Positions 52,310 to 64,000 of a stretch of 64,000 bases of DNA are shown one piece after another. The stretch spans positions 43,340,001-43,404,000 of the forward strand of contig NC_086097.1 of the NCBI RefSeq assembly GCF_963921235.1, read 5' to 3'. The notes beneath the pieces are model-generated. The model saw nothing but the letters and a program-made list of their open reading frames with translations, was not told the DNA's origin and did not search any database. A program made the position numbers and the translations under genes. Origin of the DNA: Mobula hypostoma (taxonomy: Eukaryota). Each line of letters opens with the position of its first letter. The stretch's first letter is position 1.

Positions 52310-53233
52310 TTTTGCTTTTAATTACAAAATTTTAGCTTTTCAACTATACTAATGTTAATGGGATCAGAGGGGCAAATTGCAGTGAGATGAGGAACTCACC
52401 AGCTTGAAAGGGTGTTTAAAGGAGAACCCTCATCGCATTCAAAATGTCTGCTATTAAATTTACTGGGCTACGGACCAAGAGTGTTATTAACTCAAAGCCC
52501 ATTTTTGGTATCTTGTGCTGCAAATTTCCAGGATTCTACAAGATTGAAAATATAAAATATCTTCTAGCAGTTGCACCATGACTAATGACAATGAACATTA
52601 AAATAAGACCAATCTTCATAGTTCCAAACTCTTGGAAGATTAGAATACTCTTTAGAAACTTAAATATGTGAATGCAAATAGATTACTGTTAATGTTTTAC
52701 AGCATTAAAATTGATGATCTATTCACAAGTCATTAAACAAGCCAAGGGTCACAAAATAATTAAAAAGAAAAAGTAGTATTTCTTTTAGTTTACTCACCAT
52801 TTATAGTGCATTAACCACACTTTGTTCTGCACAATGATTGACTTTCATCAAATCAGAACATTTTTCTTAATCTGGGTGAAATGTGATAATTTGGTCGAGT
52901 TTGAATTGATGAAAATTCAGCAAACCAATACCCTGTAGTGAACTTTACATTGCATAAAGTTCAATTTACAAGTATAATTGTAATAACAAAGCAACATCTG
53001 AAAACAGAATCGCAGGCTGCTCCAGTAAACTTTAAATTTACATGCTTTTTAAAATAATCAGTATAATGAAGTTCTTAAGATCCTCAGTTATCTGAATGCA
53101 GTTTGACAAGGAGCTCCATTTGTCAGTGTATATACTAAATAGCATTTTTTCCCTCAACCATTAAATAGTGCAATGCCCAAGGGGAAAAAGAATACCAAAT
53201 CTTATTAAAACAAAACTTCCTGCCAGTGCAAAT

Positions 53234-53528
53234 TTATTTTATTATTTATTTGGCGATGCGGCATGGAGTAGGCATGCCACCCAGCAACCCTCACCACCTG
53301 ACAAATTTGATTAACCCTAACCTAATTACAGGACAATTTACTATGAGTAATTAACCTACCCAGTACGTCTTTGGACTGTGGGACGAAACCTGAAGACCCA
53401 GAGAAAACCCAGGCATTTCACAGGGAGGACATACAGAGACTCCTTACAGAATGGTGTCGGAATTGAGCTCCCAACTTGGGAACGGCCGAGCTGTAATAGC
53501 ATCATCTACCTGCCACGCTATCGTGGCA
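53234..53528 (-). mobile_element. tRNA-derived V-SINE
   Basis: Reverse complement of the V-domain (acgtctttggactgtggga..aaacc), (AAT/AAAT)n tail; a partial relative lies at ~54570-54680. Confidence 0.75.
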
Positions 53529-55369
53529 TTCATATATTCCAAGAGATGGACTGTGAAGCCAACTCAGCTACACTAAACTCCACGCTAAATTAATGGCAGT
53601 GGTCGGCTACTCTAAGAACAGAAAACTTTAATGAAACATCTACTGCATTAAGTTAATTTGCAAAAGAAAAAAAATGATCCCCAGGCAATTTCCCATTTTA
53701 AAAAAAAATCAAAATTTTTTTACAGCCTTAAAGTGCTTTTATGTTTGCATTTTAATGACAGTGTGCATGAAGCATTAACAAAGTTGCAAAAACTTTGATT
53801 GTGTAAGATGTTTTATATAGCAAGTAATAATTTAGGTGAAAGAGTAGTAGGGACATTTATCTCAATTACAATGATTTCTTTAAAGAGAATAGTTCCAGTG
53901 TTTCAAAGGAGAGCAGAACCTACTGTAAACCTAGTGATACTAATTTTAATGTACAACTGTACTCTTTCCAAATTGCAGTTTTACCATAAACCATCACTGT
54001 CCCCAAAGCTTCCATTATATTTTGCATATACAGCATTTACTTCTTTAACAGTGATAGTCAAAGCAATACACTCCCTGGGATGTCTACTATATTGACCATT
54101 ACTGTATCCAAAAATGACCTTGAACAATGAATTTGCAGTTAGTTAACTAAATCACAACTTCCCCATTTCAAAACAGTCTCCAGTGGAACTGTAGTTTCAT
54201 CTGCAATCACCTGTACTCCATAACTGTTTGTTTAAAGTTCGCTGTAAAAGTGTATGGACAATAATACTGTGCTGAAACTGAAAATAGCTGTGACCTCAGT
54301 GGATGAAATCAGACAGAAGCAGAGGACATCTCAGATGTTTATGGATCATCAGTCATAATGTTTTCATTTTCAGACAAGAGCAAATGTGTGGAAAAATCCA
54401 AACCTTTCTATGGATGCTCTGTTAGCTTTGTTAAAATGACATCTCAGAGCATGTCTCCTCATTGAATGTACTGAATTTACTAAGTTGCTGTCCACGTGCA
54501 GCAGACAAAAACCAGGCTCAAAGTCTTGTTATTAAATGTACTTGAACTTTGAAATTTTTTTTGGAAAAGAGATACGGCATGAAGTAGGCCCTGTGCCACC
54601 AGCAATCCCCCAATATAACCCTCGCCTGATCATGGGACACTTTACAATGACTGATTAACCTACTAACGGGTACATCTTTTTCTATATTGTGTTTAATTTA
54701 TTCTGAAGAGCACCCAGTCTACAAGTCCTCTCAGTCCTTGGGCTATTTCACAACCCTTTAATCTGACATGTTAAAGAGATACAATGCTATTTCCCTCATT
54801 TACTAAGGTTCCAATTGTCTTTCAGCTACTTCTGGTGTAATTTTTCCCATAAATAATTAGGCTACAAGGTCAGACTTATGCACTGAGACCAGTGGTCCCC
54901 TTCCTGACAGCCTAATCATCCAGAACAAAGTAACCTGCCTGGTGGCATCAAATCCACCAACTGAAAACTTCAATTATCCATTCCGGTTATAGCTCAACAG
55001 CATCCCACAAAACCACATTACACCTACAAACGGTGGAGGGCAACGGGCATAGACCCACCACTACTTCCAAATCCCACATACTGGGGATGCATTGACATTC
55101 CTTCATCAGCATCTTAAAACCATACTATTTCCTTACTTGTTAGCACCATACCAGTACTTCAACCACCCAAACTGCAGCATTTCATGACAGTAGCTCACCA
55201 CCACGGGAAATCGAAGTATACAGTAAACATCAGCACATTCGCAGCCCCTTTTTTGAAAAGAAAAGCTATTCAGGTAAAAAGAAACTAGAATGGAATGACC
55301 AATATTTATTTGCTAGTTTTACTGGAAATAGTTTAACATAAAAATGAGGTCATAAAATATTGAGAGCAC

Positions 55370-55690
55370 AGAATCAGATATTTATACAGCACTTTTCAGG
55401 ATCTTGCAGTGTTCAAAACACTTAGTGGTACTTAAGAGTATTTAGTTGGCCTGGTAAGCACAGTCAGTAATGGCCAACCAGTAATGTGATGACCACAGAA
55501 TGCATATGACATTCTCCGGGATACAAATATTAGCCAGGAGAAAAGGGATAACTCAAGTTGGTCTTCTTTAAAACAGTACAAATTGGAGAATGTAATGGAC
55601 ATTGGTATAATACTTGATCCACAAAATGGCAATGGAGAATATTTTCATTCCTTAGATTTTCATGAGACTTAAACCCATTACCTTAAAATT
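55370..55690 (-). mobile_element. ancient Deu-domain-like SINE remnant
   Basis: atttatacagcacttt tail and ggatacaaatattagccagga..ataactc resemble the reverse complement of the recalled DeuSINE 3' region. Confidence 0.4.
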
Positions 55691-57508
55691 TACATCAAAT
55701 TGCTTTCTACCAAATCAGTGCTAACACAGCTTCTCCTAAAAACTACCTTCCCATTAATTAATCTTGGAAACTACAATGGGTTCATAAATTACAAGTTACG
55801 TATTAATTTTGAAATTAAGATATACACTTCGGAAGACAACTTGCATTTTGGATAATGCATCATCTATAGAAGTTTATTCAATCCTGTTCTCTTTGAAGCC
55901 AGAAATTTCATAAATAAATGTTAATCTAGATCAGCTGTTACAACAGATTGCTCCTGCTAGACAATGAAAATGACTGAAACATTTGCAGTATTTTCAGAAA
56001 TCAGTTATAGATTTAGAAGCTATAATTTCATTCAGTAGAGAAGCTGGTTGCCTGCACATTCTACTATTAATTCAAACATTATGGAAATGAAATTCATTAA
56101 TAAGAGACAAATGGTTAAATGAAAACTACTGGTGGAATTGTGTAAAAACCGAACTGGAAATGTTTTTTTTAAATAACAATGAGCGACAGAGTAATTAACA
56201 TATTTCACACTTATTCACACTTGAAACTTACGGGATTGGAAGATGCTTACATGAAATTTACAGATCAGAAACTGCATAGCAGAATTCATTTGACAGTACA
56301 GTGGATAAGTGTACAAGTAATCCTTTCCAAAGATCAAACAAATTCAATGAGCTATCAGTTTTAAAAAGTGCAGATTCAGGTTTTTAAAAAATCTTAAATT
56401 GTATAAGGTTTCAGAAATTTCCCCAAATTAATCTTTTCATTTCACACAATTAGTGAATTTAATCAAATTTGATTGTCAGCATGCTTCCAACATAATTAAA
56501 ACTGAAATAGTGCAGTCAGTATTTTATTAGTTGGCAGAAGAAATGCAATTTTTTAAAGTGTTAACTGCGCAGATTTTTTTATATTTATACAAGATTTCAA
56601 ACAACAAATTTTTAAAAAAGCTTACACAAAGACCACAAAGCTAATGGCTGTATCAAGCTTGTAATTCTTGATCCAACAAGTTTTTACTGACAATGTTATA
56701 ACAGTTATTCTAAACCTTGTTAGCACAGTCAGAAGAACTGAAACAACAACAATTATGTACAAGATATATCTATTTAATACACACCAGCAGTATTCACTGG
56801 TTGTTGTCCAAACTGAATTAAAAGATATTTACACCTCACCAAATTCCACTGTAAAAATTGTGGACTGTTCTGGTACACACCAGATCATTTAAACATGCAC
56901 AACTTTTTACAGAGATGTACAATTAGTTCATACAGAACATTATAAATATGCCCAATGTTTAACAACAAAAATATTATACACATTATTCCATTTAAAAGCA
57001 CTTAACCTTCATTTGGAAAAAAAAGTGATGCTTTTCACAAAATCAATGTGTGATTGCAAGGTGAACTATCCTCATATGACTATCACATGAGGGAGGTGTG
57101 GAGGGAGATTGGAAGGAAATCAATGGTAAATAATAAATATGACAAACCATACCAAATGTTAATCACAAAAAAAGATGGCCCAATGTTTTTGAGTATTATA
57201 TTTTCATTAGCCCTGCACAATCTGGAAATGAAATGCTAGGCCTCAATGACAAAAAACCCCACAACTTTTCCCATTTAATATACTAATTTATCGCATTCAT
57301 CAGTTTTTAGCTAGTGAAACAGAAGTGCTTGTTGACTGGAAGTATCAAGCATTGCTTTAAAAACAAATTACTACAGAACAATTTAATTTTGGACTTGAGT
57401 GCCTGTGAAAAGGAAATCAATTATGGTCAAAAAGTTATTTTTGAAAATAATATAATTGCTCTGAAGAGGAAGAGTTTTTGTTTTATTTATATATTATAAA
57501 ACTTAGGT

Positions 57509-58813
57509 CTAAGAGCTCAGACTTACCACTTTACCAGGCCTTGCCCATGTGCAAATAAATCCCTCCTGACAGGCAGTGACTATACAGTCTTCAAGAAATA
57601 TTAAAACAGTCAGTCTTTCATGTGCTATCTTTTTACAGATAAGAGGCTCTAACAAGGGTACATCATCCATTCTAGGGCAGAGAGAAGTTCCCAGAGTCTT
57701 GGCAGAGTCCATTTTAGTTTTGGTGACTAGATTTAGTTTGTCACTGCTTTTGCTGGAAATGTGACCCATGCTGTGATTTCGTTTGTGATCCTTCTCATGA
57801 TGTCTTTCCTTGCGGTCGTGTAGTGATAGAGTCGCAAATTTACTGACTCCTGAAGCAATTGCACCATCCATGACACTGCTTTTGTTACTGGCATTCGAAA
57901 CGGCAGAGTGCGGTAGACTATTTGATCGAGGAAGAGGAGGAGGTAAGGAGTTGCTGGGTGTTGTTGTGATGCTACTGTTACCATTGCTTCCAGTACTGGT
58001 TGTAACATTTCCACCTGATGGACTTGTGGCATTCATCACATTTGTGTGTGTCCGAGCACGTGAAAGAGGTTGATGAGGGAACAGGATGTCTTCTGTTAGA
58101 TCCCATAAACATAGCTGGGTGTCTTGGCCCACAGAGCCAAACCTATAAGTGACACTCACAGGACGACTGTCTGTAGAATTCCTTTTGGACAACCTAGACT
58201 GTGTACTATTTGCTCGATCTCTGCCAAAGTGTATTTGGTCTTGGAAATCCTCATCGCTCCCACTGAACTCCATGGGATCATTTTCTTCTACGCTAGTGGT
58301 ATAAGGGTCAAATGCAACAACGCTGACCCATGACTTATGTCCATGTCCCCTGGCTATTACACGACAATCAGTAAAAGACCACACGGTCACCAGATCATCT
58401 TCTCCACCTGTTACAATATATTTTCCATCCGGACTCCAGCATACACACAGCAGTCCTCCAAAGTAACTTTTCATTGTGCCATGTAGTTCAACAGAATCAA
58501 AGTTAAACACACGAAGAAATCCATCCTGACTAACACAAGCAAGGTACTTCCCATCTGGAGAGAATGCAAATTCATTCAGTGCCCCCTCACCAACTGTCCA
58601 TTTGAGTAAAGGGTTTCGTGTAGATTTGCTTTTGCAAGTGTGAACTGCATAACTGTCTCCTTGTTTCAGTGGCTGATAATGTGGTGCAGTGGTCCCACAA
58701 GAGTGTTCCACATTATACAAGTACATACTGCCACTGGAATGAGATACTAAGAAGAGGCTTTCCGAGCCAGGCACCCATTTTACACAAGTTACTCGTGACT
58801 TGTCTATTAACCT
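57509..58813 (-). CDS. WDR20: WDR20 large exon (WD40 repeats), including the read-through C-terminus
   Basis: Acceptor ttttcctcag|AGG (RLIDKSRVTCVKWVPGSE...); WD40 motifs FAFSPDGKYLACVSQDG, CWSPDGKYIVTGGEDD, GHKSWV, GSVGQDTQLCLWD; ends TWARPGKV|VSLSS*; internal donor GTG|gtaagt after 57527. The track ORF start at 58774 is not the real start. Confidence 0.97.
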   Translation of the reverse strand, partial: RLIDKSRVTCVKWVPGSESLFLVSHSSGSMYLYNVEHSCGTTAPHYQPLKQGDSYAVHTCKSKSTRNPLLKWTVGEGALNEFAFSPDGKYLACVSQDGFLRVFNFDSVELHGTMKSYFGGLLCVCWSPDGKYIVTGGEDDLVTVWSFTDCRVIARGHGHKSWVSVVAFDPYTTSVEENDPMEFSGSDEDFQDQIHFGRDRANSTQSRLSKRNSTDSRPVSVTYRFGSVGQDTQLCLWDLTEDILFPHQPLSRARTHTNVMNATSPSGGNVTTSTGSNGNSSITTTPSNSLPPPLPRSNSLPHSAVSNASNKSSVMDGAIASGVSKFATLSLHDRKERHHEKDHKRNHSMGHISSKSSDKLNLVTKTKMDSAKTLGTSLCPRMDDVPLLEPLICKKIAHERLTVLIFLEDCIVTACQEGFICTWARPGKVVSLSS

Positions 58814-61800
58814 CTGAGGAAAAAAAAAGAGAAAACAATTAATTGTTCTGCTGCACTCTATCTTCCAAACTATATAGAAGCAAAAGTGTAATAAAATTGA
58901 ATTTAGTCAATTCCCTTTACATAAGCCTTTTAAAGTAATAACAAGACATACAATTTCTTATATAGCAAGTTAACTGGTATATTTTATAGTTAGAACCACT
59001 TATTATTGAATGTTAAGTGGAAAGACATTGGTAGTCAATTTTATCTTCAATAAATCAAATCTATGGATTACAGCATGTATCATAACTTATGATCTCAAAC
59101 GCTCCTAGGTTTGGTAAATTTAACAAATCACCTTGAGAATAAGAATAACAAAAGTGTATCTGGACTTGATACATAATTAGTGGCCTTTTATCTCCTAAAT
59201 GAAACTGCTCACAAGTAGTATCGTCTTCAGGATCCTGTTGCTCATAATTATTTTGTCACAGATCTTCCTGATTCCAATTAAAATTTTTGCTTGTTTGGAA
59301 TATTTAATATCTTCCCTTCAAAATAAACAGTTCCAAATCTTTCAGCATCTGAGTTTTTTTATTTAAGTATCAATCTGGTTGTCCTTTTTTGTGTGCCTTT
59401 CAATATTGCAAAATTTCAAAATATTCCTGCATGTCAACACAATGTCCTTGCTCACACTCATCCCGAGACTTGTGTTCCATCCTTTGCACAATACACAGCA
59501 AAATTCAAATTTCTTTCCATTCTTATCGTCCAAAAGGCAGCTATTTTCCCACTCAAATTCCCTCTTCTAGTGTCACTGAATTTGTCCACATTAAATCTCA
59601 TTTCCTGTTCATTAACTCATTTTAAAAATAAAGATCTGGGTCAGTTTGAACTCTGCCTCTTGCTTATTGTTTACATACGCTCTCTCCAATAGGCAGGCAC
59701 CTGCAAACCATTAGCTTTTGTTAGCAATTATTTGTATACACAACAAAGGCCTTTCTGGAACTCTGCAGGTGTCATTTTACCACTATTGTGTCTCCATCTT
59801 CAGCAGCTTTTGGATTTCTACAATTAACAAGGATTTTTATCCACCATGCTTCCTTACCTTGTAGATACTTTTTTTTTTCCAAAAGCTCACTTTGAGAAGA
59901 ATTCCTGTCAGAAATGCCCATTATTCTCTCAAAGAACAATCACATTTGATAAAAATATTTCACCAATCTATTGGAACGGTCTAGCAACGCTTACAATTAT
60001 GCTATTTTTTTTAAGTACATTATCCTAAGGTACTACTCCTGTTTCTATTAACTCCTACAGTATGTCATCATTACTGGCCACCAGGTTCACTTTTCATGAG
60101 GCTACCCTCTCATCTTTTAACTTCCAAATTATTATTTTTGGCTTCTCTCCCCCCGCCCCCAATTTGATTTGATGATAGGATTGCCAAGCTCTTGCAAACA
60201 CAGGAATTAATTGAGAGACAAGTTGCAAAATGGATAGCAAGCTGATTGAAAAACAGCAAAATTGGGATTAAAGGTAGATAATTCAATAACAAAAAGTTGG
60301 AATTAATGCTTCACATGATCCAGAATCAAAAGCAAAATCTGAGCCTGACAAATTTAGAATTGGGGTGGAGTGTAGGGAGGGTATTCCTTCAGTAAAGGTA
60401 GATGGGGGCAAAAATGAGGAAGATGTTATTAAAACTGTAGAACATTTGTAATTGACAAACTTCAACGTGGATAAGTGCAAGCCAGACCGTTTTCTAAGAA
60501 ACAGAGTAGATACTCAAAGTGTGTCTATTGGGCTGCAATTGCAAATCTCCTTAAAAGTAATCACAGAAGTTAGTAAAAACAAATAATGCACATCTACAGA
60601 GATCTAAAAATCTGAGTTGTTAAGCTTGTATACCATTTTGGTTATACTATATCCCAAGTACTGTAGCCTACAGTATGGACAGAAATAAGCCTGGCATTCA
60701 GATATCCCTCCCAATACCTACGGATCCAATAGTTCTCAGACTTCCAATCAGAGAGTCAGGTGACAAGACTTGAAGTGGCTTCAGCCAGCATGTTATCAAT
60801 GCCCTGCCCATGAAACACACTCAATTAGTGGCAGAACTTCATCTTCTTGAAAGCCTAAACTATTAAAAACATGAACAAAGAACAATCTTTCATATCTGAA
60901 CTGCCAGGCCAAGAATTTTCGTTCAAATGACTGGGAATTCTAATCCTATCCCAGATCAGGCTGATGATGAATCAACCAGGCAGATTACCTAGCAATGCTG
61001 TGAAATCCTAACAAGATTGGATTCTGCTGCTGAACTCTGATCTCTGCCACTCATTTCTTCCTGGGCTGCACAAGTCCAGAAAATATTTCATTTTCTACAG
61101 CTGATTTCACTTCCAAATCACCAGCCACAGTCTGCTTGACTTTACAATATACAGAGGGTGGGGAAAGTGCAGAAATGATTTATTAGAATAAAACTAGAAA
61201 TGAGAAAAATGATTGAAAATGCTGGCTTTTCTCTCAAAAAGACTGAGAAATGATCCAACAGAGGCTTTTAAGATTATGAAAGAATTTTCAGGTAATATGC
61301 AGAAGCTTCTAAATGGGAGCCACAACTAAGGATCACATGCAAATAAAGATATTAAAAGCCCATTAGAGAGTTTGGTGCAACAGGTTTTACAAAGTGGTTA
61401 GGGTGATGAATCTGCTACCAGAAGAAATAGTTTGGGAAACAACACAACAGAGATCTACCCAGTATAGTAGCCAAATACTAGTAGGCAGGATACAAGCCAT
61501 CTCTAGCAATATACTCAGGAGAAACTATCAAATGGTGGATTTAATTAGTGCAAACCTGAACAATTATCAGCAAGCTAGCCAACTAGCCATCAACTATGGC
61601 AGCCATAGCTTCTTATAACCACAAATAGAGGTCAATTTCAGGCTCTCAGAATTTTTGTAGTTCACATGCTTCTGCTGAACTGATAGGATACCTATGGTAT
61701 ATTCTGCCTTCCATTTTTTTCTTTTGATGCTAGTGCTCATCTCCCCCTTGTATAAATCAGGTACATTAATGGGTTTAGATAAAAAGGTTAAGAGGTGATC

Positions 61801-64000
61801 TGGGAGCGTACAATAGCCACACCCGCTCAGACCACCCCGCCTCACCACCCCAAAAGTAAATGCTTAATGTATTGCTGTCATCAGTTGCTCCTGTAATTTT
61901 GTTTAACCCTTTGGAATGATTACCTGATGTCACTACTTACTTTATAACTTGGCTCCAATTATGTGATCGTGCTATTTGCATGAATCATTTCTGGATTTCC
62001 AAAGGCATAGTATGGAAATTCTGAAGTTGAAGTCTGTGATTCATCATGACATAGGCTACAGTTTTGCAATTAAATATCCTGAAAATATTACATGGTGTTG
62101 CCTAGATTTGACTATTGCTTTGTAAATTCAATGACACAATACTCTATAGTATCATTAAGTTTAGAGATTGTGAGGTTAAAAATAACAATTCACTTTCTAA
62201 CTTAATCTTTACCTACTGTTATATTCAAAAAAGTTAAAAATTAGCTAAGCTGCTCTGAAAGTTACACTGGTATCTCAGCATAAGTCTGGAGAGTGCAGAT
62301 TCAAGGTTGAACATTCACAGTATATATATCTTCATCTGCAGTGACATCCACTGAACTGGGGTTCAAATCCCTAATCTCCCATTGCTACATGCTGTTGTAT
62401 TGGAAGGCTAGGGCAAATCCCTCTTCTCAGCAAAGAAATTGAGCTCAGGGGTTTTTTGTGAAAACTTGTCAAATAGTTGCCACTGGCCCTTGCATTTGTT
62501 ACCATAGGAAAATATCTGGGGAACTAACAAGGGGATACAGCAGCTTCCATCTCCTTCAACAAATTGCTCCCCGGTCTTCTGAAATGAGCAGCCATCCAGC
62601 TTGCCGTGATTAGCCATCACCGACTTCAGGCAGCTTCCCTTATCAAACCATTGGGCAATCCATTGCTGGGGGAAGTGCAGGACTTTTGCACCAGTTTAAC
62701 CAGCACAGCAACACTTAATAACACATACATGCAGACATGATGCTATAATTACCACTCAGCTCCGACAAAAATGCTCTCAGTCAGCATTTTTTAAATCATT
62801 AATTTAGCTTTCCCACTGAGCATAAATTGAGAAACTATATCCCCTGTAGCTTTCACCTGCTTGCCATATTTATTTCCAGTTATTTTTCCATATCTATTCA
62901 TCTCACTTCAATGTACTTCTCATTACTTTAAAAACTAATCCTTATTCTTAACAGTTAAGCCAACGCCCAGCATTTTAACCCTTTTTCCTTCTGCCAAGTC
63001 TTATTTTTCCTGTACCCAGTACATTGTATTACTAAACCCAATCTACTTTATATTTAGTGTTGTTTTCACTACCGACTTTGTCAAAATAAACTTTTCTGAA
63101 GTTTCTGCATCCTTTTCAACCAAATTCCTAAAATTTTCACTTCTCTGCTACCAAGATTATTAAACTCTTGTTTTATTTGACCTGATGGTCTCTGGCACAT
63201 ACCCATGAAAACTTTCCTGTCACATGAATCTTATCTCTAACCCTCCCAAAGTAAATAGGTCCATCTTTGGTTTGTTAATTCTCTATCAAATAACAGGTCC
63301 ACAACAGAAACCTCCAATTCTCTTATTTGTTTTACCATTTGCATTTAAGGTTTAAGCAGCCCATTAGTCAGTGACCAATGAGTTGCCCTTTCTCTACTTT
63401 TATTAATATTTACTAAAGGCCATGAAGTACTGCACTCATTTCCTACCCATACCCAAATGCACATCCACCCCAACCTCTAAATTTACTATACGAATATTTT
63501 ATCCAAGCCACTGAACTATGTTTTCTTACAAAAAGATCAGGGAGATGCGTCATGACTGAACTTCCTCACTAAAATGTTACATGATGACTAGGACATATTA
63601 GGAATGTCTTCGCATCAATTTTAAAATCTCAAGTAAAGCAAAGTTAGTTTGTCAACAACCAGCAAAAAAATTCAAGACTTTTGATGATACCTCAAATAAG
63701 AAAATCACTGGAAGTACACACTTAAGCCAAAAGAACATTCTGATACAGGAAACATTTAAAATAAGTTGATAAGTGCATGATTTGTTTTTGTTTTAAAGTT
63801 TATCTCAGGGTAGGTAGAACTCAAAATTAGTACTTCAGTTGTAAAATAAAATATCAAATTTCATCTAGAGGAAAATGTTCACTTCCTTGATATCTGCACT
63901 CAAGAAAGATAGTTGGTCTTACATTGTTGGTTTTCCAGATTATAACATTATAACTAGGCACACCAGTCAATTCCTTACAGCAAGAAATAATTTAAATATT

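Noticed and set aside
61594..61848. ORF with LSKPI..LYKG, resembling the preceding WDR20 exon (recalled ADLSKPIDKRIYKG)
   Set aside because: Similarity is limited to a few residues and the following QPTCHDF..FNEE is absent; the true exon probably lies beyond the window
62408..62620. 70-aa ORF as a gene or WDR20 exon
   Set aside because: No recognisable domain and no supporting splice pattern

Overview
AT-rich vertebrate genomic DNA. The CR1, Rex/Babar, Penelope and V-SINE repeat landscape suggests a cartilaginous fish (inference, not a database result). Two host genes converge tail to tail. On + lies the 3' half of MOK (MAPK/MAK/MRK-overlapping kinase): four supported exons at 144, 13424, 14337 and ~20272, plus a tentative terminal exon at ~37272. 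On - lies the 3' part of WDR20: a large exon at 58813-57527 with a read-through stop, and a distal terminal exon at 48130-48080. Almost all long ORFs in the track come from retroelements. The most notable non-gene signal is a set of seven minimal type I hammerhead ribozyme motifs in Penelope pseudo-LTRs, several of them sense to the host pre-mRNAs. Also notable: a young Penelope copy with a ~370-bp inverted pseudo-LTR and an uninterrupted RT/GIY-YIG frame; a four-level nested insertion (CR1>CR1>L1>Penelope); a 119-bp inverted Penelope micro-insertion with a 13-bp TSD; and an unusually well-preserved inverted repeat near 36.0/36.5 kb. I see no CRISPR, rRNA, tRNA gene or prokaryote-type system, and I cannot show that any system here is truly undescribed. 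Repeat boundaries and family names are by-eye estimates.
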